A DNA stretch of 64,000 nt from the human T2T-CHM13v2.0 reference genome, Homo sapiens, in NCBI RefSeq assembly GCF_009914755.1, contig NC_060926.1. One strand, written 5' to 3'. The number at the start of each line of letters is the position of its first letter. The stretch's first letter is position 1. The notes under the pieces are model-generated. The model was not told where the DNA came from. It saw only the letters and a list, made by a program, of their open reading frames with translations, and did no database searches. Of the stretch, positions 12,931 to 28,899 are shown in pieces. A program made the translations under genes and the position numbers.

Positions 12931-14782
12931 TACCATGTGTTAAAAGAAGAGAGAACCAAACATCTGTAAACGGCTGTGGTAGTTACCATAGAATGCATAG
13001 TTGTGGGTTAACAAAAATCTCTACTTTGCCTGGAAAAATTCAGTCATTCCGCCTATATTCATTGAATGCCTGTAGTTTGCCAAGGACTGAAGATACTGAG
13101 ACACTTTACAGGTTGTACCTGCCAAAAAGATACAATCAGTGTTGTAAGAATGGATAGGGTAAAAGAAACCCATTTTTAAAAAATGGCTAAAAAAAGGAGG
13201 AAAACACATTTAAAAAGCAGTGGTGCCCCAAGATAAGAGAAATGTATATGATTGATTGCCAGATAGATAGATAGCAAAAAGACTGGAAAGAAGTTCACCA
13301 AAATATTGGCAGTGGCTAGTTCTAGCAAACCGGCCAGTTAGGATTACTTCAGTTTGTTCTTTATGCTTTTTGGTATCCTTCAGTTTTTCTTCAATGATTA
13401 AACATTAATTTCATTATAAGATTTACTTTTATAAAGAGAAAAGGAGTGCCTCCAATTTTCATCATGATAGAGGAGCTTACATCAGTCTAACCCTCCCAGA
13501 GACTACAATGGTAAACTCTGGACAAATTGCACTTACAATTTGAAGGCATGGAAAAATGGCCCAAAGCAAGCAGAAACTGGAAGGGATTTGACTAATGGAA
13601 AAAAGGGGAGCATATTGTATGAGATTCACATAATATGTTTTTTCCTTTACAGGACCCCAAGTCTGTGTGGCGCAGAGTAACTACAATTCAAGAAGAACAT
13701 CTTGGTCTTACTGGCTTGGGGTATCAGAGGACAACATTCAGAGCTGCCAAAGTGTCTGGAAAGTGAGGGAAGGAACTTATCCCATAAATACAGGTGCCAC
13801 AGCAAAGGGAGCCCCCAAAATCTGCATTTAAATTCTTGGTTAACCCTTGAACTGCACACGTATTGTGGAGACTCCAAGGAACCTAGCAGAAAGCAAAAAC
13901 TGAAAGGCTATCAGAACTGAAAGGAGATATCCCCAACTTCCGCTCACTATAGACTAGAAAGTTTGGAGTTTCAATCCTACCAAATTAGAGAGGCTTGGTA
14001 AACACCCAGGGCTTTCCACAGACCTACATAAGTGTAAAACTAAGCCCCCACAATTCAAGTTAATTATCTAGTAACTTAACTGACTGCTAGAATAAATATC
14101 AACATACTTCAGAGAAAAACAACATAATCTAGAGTCTCTACAATGTCTCATCCACAATTTCTAGTACATAATAGAACATCTGTTAGACATGTGAAGACAA
14201 AAAGGAATATGTAACCCATAGTGAAAAAAAAATCAGGCAATAGAAACAGACTATGAGATGTCATAGTTGTTACAACTACGAGATGACATAGTTGTTAGAG
14301 TTAGCAGACAAGGACTTTAAGGTAGATGTTTTAAAATATGTTCAAGGACTTACAGGAAAAGGTGATCACAGTGAGTAAACAGAAAGACAAACTCAGGGAA
14401 ATGGAAATTACAAATAAGAACCAGGTGGACATTCTAGTCCTGAAAATTGTAACATCTGAAATAACGAAAATTCACTAATTGGTTGGACTTAACAGCAGAT
14501 TGGTGATGAGAGAAGAAAAAGTAAATGAAACATAAAGATGAGTCAACAGAAATAATCCAATCTGAAAACAGACCAAAAAAATGACTTTCAAAAATTGAAA
14601 CAGAGTTTCGGTGATCTTTGGACAATATCTAGCAGCCCAAGACATGTGTGATTAGAGCCTCTGAAGGAAATAAGAGATAATGAGGCAGGAAAAAAGACTG
14701 GGCAAAAAATGGCTTAAAAAATCTCCAAATTTGGTTAAGAAAAAAAATCAATTTTCAGACCCCCCAAAAATCAAAGTACATA

Positions 14783-15607
14783 GCTGGGCATGGCAGCTCA
14801 CACCTGTAATCCCAGCACTTTGGGAGGCTGAGGTGGGTGGATCTCCTGACGTCAGGAGTTTGAGACCAGCCTGGCCAATATGGCAAAACCCTGTCTCAAC
14901 TAAAAATACAAAATTAGCTGGCTTGGCGGTGGGAGCCTGTAATCCCAGGTACTCAGAAGACTGAGGCAGGAAACTAGCTTGAACCCGGGAGGCGGAGGTT
15001 GTAGTGAGTGAAGGTTGCGCTGAGACACGAAGCCAGCTGGACTTCTTGGGTGGAGTGGGGACTCGGAGAACTTTTCTGTCTTACAAGAGGATTCACTCTG
15101 TAGCTAGGATTGTAAAACACACCAATCAGCACTCTGTAGCTAGCAAGAGAATTGTAAAATGCACCAATCAGTGCTCTGTAAAATGCACCAATCAGTGCTC
15201 TGTAAAATGCACCAATCAGCGCTCTGTAAACGCACCAATCAGCAAGAGTCTAAAAGTAGCCAATCGCGGGGAGGATTGAAAAAAGGGCACTCTGATAGGA
15301 CAGAAACAGGACATGGGCGGGGACAAACAAGGGAATAAAAGCTGGCCACCACAGCCAGCAGCAGCAACTGGCCCAGGTGCCGTTCCCTGCTGTGAAGGTT
15401 TGTTCTTTCTGTCTTCACAATAAATCTTGCTGCTGCTCACTTTTTGGGTCTGTGCCACCTTTAAGAGCCTGTAACATTCACCCTGAAGGTCGGTGGCTTC
15501 ATTCTTGAAGTCAGTGAGACCAGGAACCCACCGGCAGGAACCAACTCCGGACACAGCGCCACTGCACTCCAGCATGGGCGACAGAGCAAGACTCAGTAAA
15601 TAAATAA
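14783..15607 (+). mobile_element. AluS split by LTR12 insertion
   Basis: Alu 14783-15020 resumes at 15556 with GCGCCACTGCACTCCAGC. Confidence 0.92.
15021..15555 (+). mobile_element. Solo LTR12 (LTR12F-like, HERV9/ERV1)
   Basis: TG...CA termini, 4-bp TSD GCGC (15017-15020, 15556-15559), six CCAAT boxes (15122-15264), AATAAA at ~15335 and ~15419, end GGAACCAACTCCGGACACA. Confidence 0.93.
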
Positions 15608-16453
15608 AACAAAAAAAGCATGCACGCACAAAGCAACAAAAACGTTTCAAAGAACATCTTGAAATCAGCCGGGAAGGAGAAAAACACACCAAACGATGAT
15701 ATAATTGATGATGATCTTCTGATAACAAAAAACAGGCTTTAAAACAAGGGAATGGGATCCGTAAGATTTAAGAGTGAGAGAGAGAATAAAACTTCTGAAA
15801 ACATTTCTGTTTTATACCAACGAAAATACCATTTTAAAATGAGGGTCAAGTAATGCCATTTGCAGATAAATGAAAGATGAATTTGTTACCAGCAGAGCTA
15901 CATTAAGACAAATGATAAAGAAGTTCTTTTGGCCAAAGGAAACTGACATCATATGAATTTGAGACACAGAGAAGAAAAAATAACATAGGAAACGTTAAAT
16001 ATGTGGGTAAGTACAAAAGACTGCATCTTTCCTTGGTTTCTTTAAAATGAATACTTTTGTGAAAAACATAGTATTATAAGATTTCAAATATGGAAATTAA
16101 AATATGGCAGAAGTTGCACAAAGGATAAGAGATGATAGATAAAATTTACAGTTACAAAACTTTAACATTTTTCTCATGAATTCGTACAATATTAATGAAC
16201 AGTAGACTATGTTAAAGATGGATATGGTACTGTCTAAAACAACCACTAAAAACGATCCAACAAGTATAGTTAAAAAGCCAGCAGAATTAAAATGAAACAC
16301 TAAAAAAAAAAATGATTAACTGAAAAGAAGGTAGGAAAGAAGGAACACAAAAACAGCAACAACAAAAAAAAAACAAGAAATTAATAGAAGACAAACAGCA
16401 AAATGACATACTTAGGAACCTAACAATATCTATATTAGATTATGGGTAGACTA

Positions 16454-16775
<322 letters not shown>

Positions 16776-17489
16776 AAATACAGATAGACTAAACTTACCA
16801 ATGTAAATCCAGAGATTGTCAGAATGGTTAAAAAAAGCAGTCTCAAGTATATACCAACTAAAAGTAATACACTTAAAATGTAAAAACACGGGTAGCTTTC
16901 AAGTAAAAGAATGAGGAATATATACCATATATTCTGTAAGCATATAAAAACTAGTATGATTATGTTAATACTAGAAAATTTGACTTCAAGACAAAACTTC
17001 AATATTAGCAAGAATAAAGGACATTTAATAGTGATAAAGGGGTCAATTCATCAAGAAGACAAAACAATCTTAAATGTATGTGCATCTAATAATAGAGTTA
17101 GTGAAATAAAAACTGATAGAACTAAAAGGATAAATTGATAAATGTATAATCAGAGGTCAAGATTTTTAACACCAACTCTCAGCCATCAACAGAATAACGA
17201 GGCAATAAATTAGTCAAGATAGAGATTTGAACATTATCAATTAACTTGTCCCAATTGTCATTTATATAACACTCTATCCAACTACAACAGAATCACATTA
17301 TTTTCAAGTGCACATGGAATTCACCAACATAGAGCATGTACTAGGCCATTAAATAGGTTTCCATACATTTTTTTAAATTGAAATATTACAGAATATATCT
17401 GTGACCACATGGAATTAAATTAGAAATCAATAACAATAAAACAGAAAAACCAAAGTATGTGGAACTTAAACAATACGTTTTCATTTAAT

Positions 17490-18022
17490 TTAATTATTTA
17501 AAAATTTTTTATTTTATTTTAGATTCAGGGGGTACATGTGTATGTTGGTTGAATGGGTATATTGTATGCTGGTGGGGATTGGGCTTCTAGTGTACCCGTT
17601 ACCCAAATAGTGAACATTGTACTGGATAAGTAATTTTTCTTTTTTTTTTTTTGAGACGGAGTCTCACTCTGTTGCCCAGGCTGGAGTGAAGTGGCGCAAT
17701 CTCGGCTCACTGCAAGCTCCGCCTCCTGGGTTCATGCCATTCTCCTGCCTCAGCCTCCCTAGTAGCTGAGACTACAGGCGCCTACCACCATGCCTGGCTA
17801 ATTTTTTGTATTTTTAGTAGAGACAAGGTTTCACCGTGTTAGCCAGGATGGTCTCGATCTCCTGACCTCATGATCCGCCCGCCTTGGCCTCCCAAAGTGC
17901 TGGGATGACAGGCGTGAGCCACCGCGCCCGGCCAGGATAAGTAATTTTTCAACCCTTGCTTCCCTCCTAGCCTCCCCTCCCTTAAAGTCCCCAGTGTCTA
18001 TTATTTCCATCTTTAGGTCCAT
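17490..18022 (-). mobile_element. L1PA16/L1PB-like 3' end with nested AluY
   Basis: AGATTCAGGGGGTACATGTG...GTTACCCAAATAGTGAACATTGTAC...CCCAGTGTCTATTATTTCCATCTTTA. Confidence 0.8.
17634..17933 (-). mobile_element. AluY
   Basis: GCAAGCTCCGCC, CACCGTGTTAGCCAGGATGG; TSD GGATAAGTAATTTTT. Confidence 0.95.
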
Positions 18023-18208
18023 AAACAATACATCTTTAAAACAATCCATGGATTAAGGAAGAAATCACAGAAAATCTAGAAAATATTATGAAGCAAGTGA
18101 AAATATAATCACAAAATATCAAAATTTTTTGGATTTACCTAAAGGAGTGCAATTTAAAAACAATTATCTAAGTTTGTGCTTTAAGAAACCAGATAAAGAG
18201 AGAAATTA

Positions 18209-18823
<615 letters not shown>

Positions 18824-20999
18824 TTATGTTTTGTGTAAATCAAGGTGTGATTACAAAACAATATCTGATGCTTGATCTCAATCTTAGAAAAAGACAAATA
18901 TTCATTTAAAAAACATTAGAAGGATGTAGGCTGTTTACTAACAATAATAAACTTTGCATGTTAATGTTATGTGATTTTAATGTGGGAGAGGTTATTATAT
19001 ATATTCTAGATTTCTACAATTAATATGCATTGTTTTATCATTAGAAAAAGAATGTTTTCAAAAGTTATTTTTTGATATTGGATACTCAGAGTCTATGTTA
19101 GTGTACTGTGTTTAATCTAACGTGTATTCCCAAAATTTTGTGAATATTTTTTGTAAATCAAACTCTGTTTTCTCTAGCTCACCATATGCTACTATGTAAA
19201 GACACAATCTAAGGCCTTTTGTAGTGTGAATCATCTTTTGTAATCTATCCATAGTTTATTTGATTCAAAAGTTAAGATTTTCAAAATGGAGCTGTATTCT
19301 ATATTTTGTGTGTCCTTGCTGGTTCAAGTATGCCTTCCATTCAATGTCTGAGCCAGATTTTTGGTGTCTGAGTGAATGGTATTCTGATCAAAGAGGGGAT
19401 GAAAGAATCTGGAATCCTGTGGATAGAACCTCACTCAGGCCATTGCAGAAAATCAGCTGTGCCAGTTCTTCAGCCATGTGACTTGTATTGCTTTCTTCTT
19501 ATTACCTTGGCTTTAACATCCTGGAGACCTCACCTTCTCCTGGACACTCTTACCATGGGCTATTACAATTTCATTAGGGAAGGGGTGTATCTACAGAAGA
19601 AAATGTCTTTAAAAGATGCCTTAGCAGGGTGATAATGAAAAAAAAAAAGGTTTGAGATACACTGTTTCAAGATGTCATAAAGAAGCTTAAGAAAACTAGT
19701 GGAAGAAACCAGGGATGCCTTGACAGAGGATGTACAGTTTGAAAAGGGACTTGACACTGAGAAGGATTTTGGTTGTTGGAGATTAGGGGAGGAGAGGTCT
19801 CTAGGTGGAGGGAATGGGTGAATAGGATTATGGAGGTAGGAAAAGGGCTATCCTCCAGCTAAAAGAGCAAACATTCCACTCCCAATGGAGCAGAGGCCCA
19901 AAGCAGGGAGTCCTGGAAGCTTCCACAGGAAGTATAGACTATTTCCTATGCATGTAAAATATCTCCCGAACTAGAACTGCTCTTCTAGGTCTTTTGCTTC
20001 TTTCTAGCTTCACCTCCCTGGGAGTCCTATATGTAGCCAGAATATGAGCAAACTGAATTAGGAACATTTTGGCTTTGACCACGCCTTTGTAATCAGCACT
20101 TCCTCCCCCTCACTCTCCAGGGTCGTGCTCATTTTCCCCTGGCTGCTCAGGGTCTGTGCAAGAACACGCCTTGGTGATCATGGTGTCATTTCTACAGGCC
20201 GTGTATCATTGTTACTCATATGTGAGACTTTTGCTATATATATTCTCCATGCAAAGGGGAGCTCCCATTTGGGAGAGGAGGCTAGAGTGGGGTTGGGGCT
20301 GAGAAACTGGGCTGAGACAGGTTTGTGCACTCACTGGCATCTGGCTGATGTCAATAGTCTCTGCTATGAAAATGAGCAAAAAACAAAACAAAAAATAACA
20401 ACCAAAACCAACTGTCTTGTCTAGACCAGAAACCAGAACTCAGTGGGAGGTCGCTAAAGGGTGTGGCGCAGCTGGAAACAGAAAAATTCATTTCATCTGG
20501 CCTTAAACAGAACAGGATATTCATCAGACTAGCTTCAGGAAGGCAGGCAACAGCACAGAGCCCAGGGGCCAAAAAGTTGCTAAGAGAGAGACCAAGACCA
20601 AGAGCTGCTCACAGCCTCTGTTAGGCAAATGAGGGCTGGGAATTGGAGATTGAGCATCAGGAGAAAACGTGTACTTTGCACATCGATTTTTAGTGATGCT
20701 TTCTGTTTCATTTATTTCCTTTTGGAAATAGTTGAACCTTAATTGGCCTGGGAGTCAGACTGTTCTTTCCTAGTCCGTTCAGCTTCCCACTCTCAGAGAG
20801 GACTTTTCTACATCTTGTCTCTGCAAAGCTCCTTGCTCTGCCTTAATCTTCCTGCTGAGGAAACTGGTGCAAACAGAAGAGAAGGTCCACAGACTCCCAC
20901 CATAGCCACCCGCTCCCAGCAGCAGCCTCCATGTCCTCTGCTCACCTACTCGCTGCCATTCTTTTTCCTGTCAAAAGCCAATTTGGGGGGCAGGGGGAA

Positions 21000-21135
21000 G
21001 GGTGGCATGCACCTGTAGTCCCAGCAACTTGGGAGACTGAAGCAGGAGGATCGTTTGAGCCTGGGAGTTCGAGGTCACAGTGAGCAAGAACCCATCTCTT
21101 TAAATAAATAAATAAATGGGAAAAAAGAAGAAAAC
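21000..21135 (+). mobile_element. Alu monomer (FRAM/FAM-like)
   Basis: GGTGGCATGCACCTGTAGTCCCAGC...GGAGGATCGTTTGAGCC. Confidence 0.8.
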
Positions 21136-21579
21136 AAAAAGGTGATTCTAATTGTGCACTAGGCCTTGTCCTGTGACTCAAGGACATCCTCAGTTGGTCT
21201 CTGCTCATTCTAAACACCAGTTTCTCACCTGCTCTGTGTCACTCCCATCAGCTTACAAACATATTATTTCTCCCATTTTAAAAATTTTTTTATATTTGCA
21301 AACTGAAAGTGTTATATAATATTTCTCCCATTTTGAACAACAGTAACAACAAATATCTCTTAACAGTCATCACAATTCTTTGTTCCTCTTTGTCTTCAGA
21401 AGAATTACCCCAAACTCCCTAATTGCGGTGGCCGCGTCCCTGTCTTCATCCTAATTGACCTGTCAGTAACAGATGACCCTGGCTCTGGCTCATCCTCTTT
21501 TGCTTCCAGGATCTACATTCACTTCATTTTCCTCTATCTTTCCTTTTAAAAAAAAAAAAAAAGAGAGAGAGAGAGGGAG

Positions 21580-21720
21580 AAGGTCTTTCTTTGTTGCTCA
21601 AGCTGGAGTGCAGTGGTACAGTCATAATTCATTGTAGCCTGAAACTCCTGGCTCAAGGGATCGATCCTTCTGCCTCGGCCTAGCCAAGCACTGGGATTAC
21701 AGGCATGAGCCACTGCACTA
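21580..21720 (-). mobile_element. AluJ/FAM-like fragment
   Basis: GCTGGAGTGCAGTGG...GCACTGGGATTACAGGCATGAGCCAC. Confidence 0.8.
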
Positions 21721-21804
21721 AACTTCCTTTTCCCCCTTTCTCACTGGCTGCCCCTCAGTCCCCTGAGTGGCTCCCTCTTCTCTACCCTTCAATGAAGGAA
21801 GGCA

Positions 21805-22292
21805 TATTCATTTTCTGTTGCTGCTGTACAAGTTGCCACAAACGTGGTGTCTTAAACAATACAAATTTATTATCTTACAGTTCTGGAGGTCAGAAGTCCA
21901 ATATGGGTCTCCCTGGGCTAAAAAGGTGTCCGCAGGGCTGTGTTACTTTCTGGAGGCTATAGGGGAGAATCTATATCTTTGCTGTTTCCAGCTCCTGGAG
22001 GCTGTCTGCATTCCTTGGCTCTTGGTTCCCTTACTCCATCTTCAAAGCCAGCAATGTTACATCTCTGACTCTTCTTCCACTGTTACAGATTTCTCTGACC
22101 ATAGCGGGGAAAGGGTCTCCACTTTTAAAAACCCATGTGATTAGATTGGGTTCATCTGGAAAATCCAGGATAATCTCCTCATCCAAAAGTCCTTAACTTT
22201 CATCACATCTGCAAAGTCCTTTTTGCCATTTATGATAACATAGTAACAAGTTCAGGAGCTTGGACATCTTTGGGGGCTGTTATTCTGCCTCC
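21805..22292 (-). mobile_element. MLT1 (MaLR) LTR
   Basis: TTATCTTACAGTTCTGGAGGTCAGAAGTCC...CATCTGCAAAGTCCTTTTTGCCAT...GGACATCTTTGGGGGCTGTTATTCTGCCT. Confidence 0.88.
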
Positions 22293-22319
22293 GCAGGCAT
22301 TCTTCTTCTTCTTCTATCT

Positions 22320-22672
22320 ACTCTCACTGTCTGATGATCTAATCCAGGCTCATGGATAACACTAGTCAATGACTCCTAAATCTCTCCAAGCCCTTCCTCT
22401 CTCCCAGACTAAATTTCTTTACTCCACTGATGATGAGATACCTCCAGTCAGCTGCCTAATAAGTCACAAACTCAATCTGTACAAAACCAAATGCCTGATC
22501 TTCCCCCCAAATATGCTCCTTCCCTAGACTTTGCCATCTCTGTTGATGGTAGACTTTCAGTTGCCTAGTCCAACAATCTTGGAACTATCTTTGACTCCTC
22601 TTTTTTTCTCCCATACACGTCATTCATTCCATGTATCCGAAAATCTTGTCTTTACCTTAGAAATGTATACCA
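22320..22672 (+). mobile_element. L2 fragment
   Basis: TGATCTAATCCAGGCTCATGG...CTCAATCTGTACAAAACCAAA...TCTTTGACTCCTCTTTTTT. Confidence 0.65.
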
Positions 22673-22919
22673 GATTGCTTCAAAATAATTCAGCATTTGT
22701 TGGGGTGGGGAGAAGGTGAGGGGAGAGGGCATTTAAATGAAACAGGTTTGCTCATGTTCTGGTAATGGTTGAAGCAGAGTGATGGGTACATGGAGGCTTA
22801 TTGTATTATACTATTATCGGTACTTTGTGCATGTCTGAAATTTTCCATAATACAATGTTCTTAGTTGCATTTGCCATTGAACTCAGCAATCCCATTCCTT
22901 TAGAATCTATCCCATATTA

Positions 22920-23254
<335 letters not shown>

Positions 23255-23270
23255 CTAATACATATATATT

Positions 23271-23400
23271 GGCTGGGCGTGCTAGCTCATGCCTGTAATC
23301 CTAACACTTTGGGAGGCCAAGGTGGTAGGATCACTTGAGCTCAGGAGTTCAAAACCAGCCCAGTCAACGTAGCGAAACCTAGTCTCTTAAAAAAACAATA
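23271..23400 (+). mobile_element. FLAM_C-like Alu monomer
   Basis: Left monomer ending in A-tail. Confidence 0.85.
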
Positions 23401-25282
23401 AATAACAGAATTAAAAATACATATACATGGATCTTTACTTCAGCATTGTTTTCAAAGACACAAATAGTGAAAATGAAGTGAAGAGATAACAATGTGGATA
23501 CAAAGGGATACCTCCTTTTATTGCACTTTGCCTCATTGTACCTCACAGATACTACATCTTTTACAACTAATTGAAGGTTGTGACAACCCTGTGTTGAGCA
23601 AGCCTATTGGCACCATTTTTCCAACAGCATGTGCTCACTTTTTGTCTTTGTGTCACATTTTGAGAATTCTCACAATATTTCAAACTTTATTATTATTATT
23701 ATAGCTGTTATTGTGATTTGTCATCAGTGATCTTTGATATTACTGTTGCAATCATTTTGGACACCACAGCCACACCTGTATAAGACAGTGAACTTATTTA
23801 ATAAATGTGTTTCTGACTGCCCCACCGACCAGCCATTCCCCTCTCTCTCTCCCTCTCCTCAGACCTTCCTGTTCCCTAAGACACAACAATATTGAAATTA
23901 GGCCAATTAATAACCTACAATGGTCTGTAAACATTCAAGTGAAAGAAAGAGTCACAAGTCTCTCACTTTAAACCAAAAGCTAGAAATAATTAAGCTTAGT
24001 GAGGAAGGCATACCTAAAGCTGAGACAGACTGAAAGCTAGCCAAGTTGTGGATGCAAAGAAATAGTTCTTGAAGGAAATTAAAAGTGCTACTTCAATGAA
24101 CACATTAATTATAAGAAAGCGAAACAGCCTTATTGCTGATAGGGAGAGAGTTTGAGTGGTCTGGATAAATGATCAAACCAGCCACAACATTCCCTTAAGC
24201 CAAAGCCTAATCCAGAGCAAGGCCCTAATGCTGTCCAATTCTGTGAAGGCTGAGGGAGGTGAGGAAGCTGTGGCAGAAAAGTGAGAAACTGCTAGAGGTT
24301 GATTAATGAGGTTTAAAGAAAGAAGCCGTCTCCATAACATAAAAATGCAAGGTGAAGTAGCAAGTGCTGATGTAGAAGCTGAAGCAAGTTAGCAAAAAAT
24401 CTAGCTAAGATCACTGATGAAGGTGACTACGCTAAATAACAGGTTTTCAGTGTAGACAAACAGCCTTCTATTGGAAGAAGACACCACCTAGGACTTTCAT
24501 AGCTAGAGAGGAGAAGCCAATATCTGTCTTCAAAGCTTCAAAGGGCAGGCTGACTTTCTTGTTAGGGGCTAATGCAGCTGATGACTTTAAGTTGAAGCCA
24601 ATGCTCATATGCCATTACAAAATTCCTAGGACTAAATCTACTCTGTCTGTGCTCTATAAATGGAACAACGATGCCTGGATGACAGCACACCTGTTTACAG
24701 CATGATTTACTGAATATTTTAAGCCCACTTTTGAAAACTACTGCTCAGGAAAAAAAAAAAGATTTCTCTCAAAATATAATTGCTCATTGACCATGCACCT
24801 AAACACCTAAGAGCTCTGATGGAGATGTAAAACGAAATTAACATTATTTTCATGCCTGCTGACAAAACATCCATTCTGTAGTCCCTGAAGCAAGGAGCAA
24901 TTTTGACTTTCAAGTCTTATTTTTTAAGAAATAAATTTCATATGGTTATAATTGCCATAGGTAGTGATTTCTCTGGGCAAAGTAAATTGAAAACCTTCTG
25001 GAAAGGATTCACCATTCTAAATGTCATTAAGAATATTTGTGATTCAGGGAGGAGGTCAAAATATCAACATACATATGAGTTTGGAAGAAGTTGATTCCAA
25101 TTCTCATAAATCACTTTGAGGAGTTCAAGACTTTGGTGGAGGAAGTAACTGCAGATGTGCTGGAAATAGAAAGAGGACTAGAATTAGAAATGGAGCCTGA
25201 GGATATGACTGAATTGCTGCAATCTCATGATCAAACTTGAACAGTCAAGGAGTTGCTTCTTATGGATGAGCAAAGAACATGA

Positions 25283-25621
<339 letters not shown>

Positions 25622-25870
25622 GAGACCTACTTTCTTGAGATGGCGAAGATGCTGTGAGCATTGTTGAAATGACAACACATTTAAGATAGCACATAAACTT
25701 AGTTGATAAATTAGGGGCAGAGTTTGAGGACTGAGTCCAATTTTGAAAGAAGTTCTACTGTGGGTAAAAATGCTATCAGATAGCATCGCATGCTGCAGAG
25801 AAATCTTTTGTGAAAGAAAGACCCAATGGATGCAGCAAACTTCACTGTGGTCTTATTTTAAGAAACTGCA

Positions 25871-26225
<355 letters not shown>

Positions 26226-26235
26226 TCATCAACTA

Positions 26236-26321
26236 GAAGAGAGAGAGAGAGAGAAAGAAAGAAAGAGAAAGAAAGAGAGAAGAGAGAGAAAGAAAGAAAG
26301 AGAGAGAAAGAAAGAAAGAAA
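26236..26321. repeat. (GA)n/(GAAA)n homopurine microsatellite
   Basis: Directly visible. Confidence 0.95.
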
Positions 26322-26425
26322 TTGCCACAGCCACCCCATCCTTTGGCAACCACCACCCTGATTAGTCAGCAGTCATTAACATGGAGCCAAGACCCTCCAC
26401 CACCAAAAAGATTACAAGTTGCTGA

Positions 26426-26739
<314 letters not shown>

Positions 26740-27169
26740 AAGAATTTTATAGATAAGCTATATGCATTTTGTAGACATAATGCTATTGCACATTTAATAA
26801 ACTACAGCATAGTAGAAATATAACTTTCATACGCACTGGGAAACCAGAAAATGTGTGTGACTTGCTTTATTGCGATAGTCACTTTATGGAGATAGTCTGG
26901 AACTGAACCTACAATATCTGTAGGTATGACTGCACAGTGGTTGAATACATTTCTGAATGTACACTGTGAGGCATCTCACTACCACTATAAGAATTAACTT
27001 TATATTAGATGATTTGGTGAAGTTTCCATAATTTACTGATAAGTGAGAAAAGCAAGATGTATCTAATATGATGCAATTTCTATAAAACAAAAATGATAGT
27101 AATTCTATTATATATATTAATGCCAAAAAAATTCAAAACAAAATAAACAAGGTATCCAAGATCTAATGG

Positions 27170-27855
27170 CTTCTAACCATCTCAATTCCATTCATTGTGC
27201 TGCAAGCTGCCACTGTCTCTCACCTGGATTCCTACGCTGGCCTTCTAACGGTTCTCACTGATTCTACCCCTGCCCTCCACAGTTTGATCTCATCACAGTG
27301 ACCAAAATGCTCAAAATCCAGCAATGGCTCTCATTTTCACTCGAGTAAAAGCCGAAGTCCTGACAATTGCCTCTGAGGTTCCGCGTGATCATCTGCCCAG
27401 ACACAGCCCCATCCTTGCTTCTCTGACTTCATAGCCCACTGCTCCCCTCTTCCTCACATAGCTCCAGCCACACTGCTCTCCTAGCACGCTTCTGCCTCAG
27501 GGCCTTTGCTCCACCTCATTTATCTTTCTGGAAACTCTTGTCTCATATATCTGCTTAGCTTCCTCCCTAAGTTTCTTCAAGTCACCTTTTCAGTGAGGTC
27601 CAAAGTGACTTCTCTATTAATAATAATAATAAAAAAAATCTGCTTCACACCTTGCTGATCTATTTTGCCCTGTTTTTTTTAAAAAGGCACTTTTGATATA
27701 TTATACTATAAAATTGATATATTTACAATGTTCATGTTTATTGTCTTTCTTCATCATCAGAATATAAGCTTCTTGAGGACAGAGATCTTTGTTTTTTCAT
27801 GGATGCACCTCCAGCACCTGGAACAGTGTCTGGCATAAGTAAGATTCAATAAAGA
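27170..27855 (+). mobile_element. L2 3' end
   Basis: CCTGCCTCAGGGCCTTTGC-type motif; AAGCTTCTTGAGGACAGAGA...GGAACAGTGTCTGGCATA...CAATAAA. Confidence 0.85.
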
Positions 27856-28107
27856 TCTCCAGTGCTGCATAAAAAGCTAATCAAGAAGGCAAAGATCTTA
27901 ATAGAATTTGCTCTAAAAATGCTTTCTTGATGAAAATTCATCAATGTTGCTAGAGATCACTTTGATATTTAGGGATTTGTTTTGTTTTTGAAATGGCACT
28001 TCTCATGCAGAGGGTTGAGGTGATCGTCCTCCTCAGTTGAGGCATATCGTCATTGGAAGTCCTTGCAAGGTCACTCTCTTGTTTGAGAAATCCTTACGTC
28101 ACCCACT

Positions 28108-28225
28108 CATCTACCCATCCTCCCACCCCCATCTCCCTATCCATCCCCCCATCCATCCCTCCATCCATCCCTCCATCCATCCCTCCATCCATCCCCCCAT
28201 CCATCCCTCCAGCCATCCATTCATC
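28108..28225. repeat. (CCATCCATCCCT)n 12-bp/4-bp tandem repeat
   Basis: Directly visible. Confidence 0.9.
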
Positions 28226-28899
28226 CCTTTATTCATACACTTTTCTTTCCATTTCTTAGTTCCATTCCCCTTCCCCCAGATGAAATTGTTTTGATATTTT
28301 AGATATGTATCCTTCTTTTGTATATGTTCTGGTATAACATCCATTTTTATGGACACGTGTTTTAAAATTGTATATATTTAATTCCGTTTCTGCTTTTCTC
28401 AACATTTTTAAGATCTAGCCATGTTGCTATCTGTATGTCTGGACTAATGCTTTTAACTGCTTCAGATATATATGACACATTTTACTAATCCAGTTCTCAA
28501 GTGATGGATAACCAGAATGCTTCCAACTGTCAACTGCCAAAGCAACCCCATATGTATATGAGAATTCTGTGGGGGCTACCTATCCAGGTACAGAACTGAG
28601 AAGTTTTCAGAATGACTTCATCAACCTATACACCCACCAGTGGCACATGACAATTCCTAAATCCCTGATCTCCAGTGCCACCTGGCATTATCTAGATGTT
28701 TAATTTTTTCCAAGTCTAATAGCTAAAGTGTATTTTCTGGCAGTTATTCTTTTAATTTGCGTTTCTCTGATTACCATTAATTTGACTACTTATATGCTCT
28801 TTAGCCTTTTGCATTTAGTGTTTTTGTTGGTTTTTCTCAGGGGGTCCTTTTGCCTAATAATTTGTGCTTTGGAGATTTTGGTTGAAAATTGAAAACAAA

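Noticed and set aside
15110-15265. Regular ~24-bp repeats resembling an array
   Set aside because: No unique spacers; this is the known CCAAT tandem unit of LTR12, not CRISPR
28037-28356. Repetitive ORFs (HPSI/IPPS/GWME repeats)
   Set aside because: Translations of the CCAT-based tandem repeat
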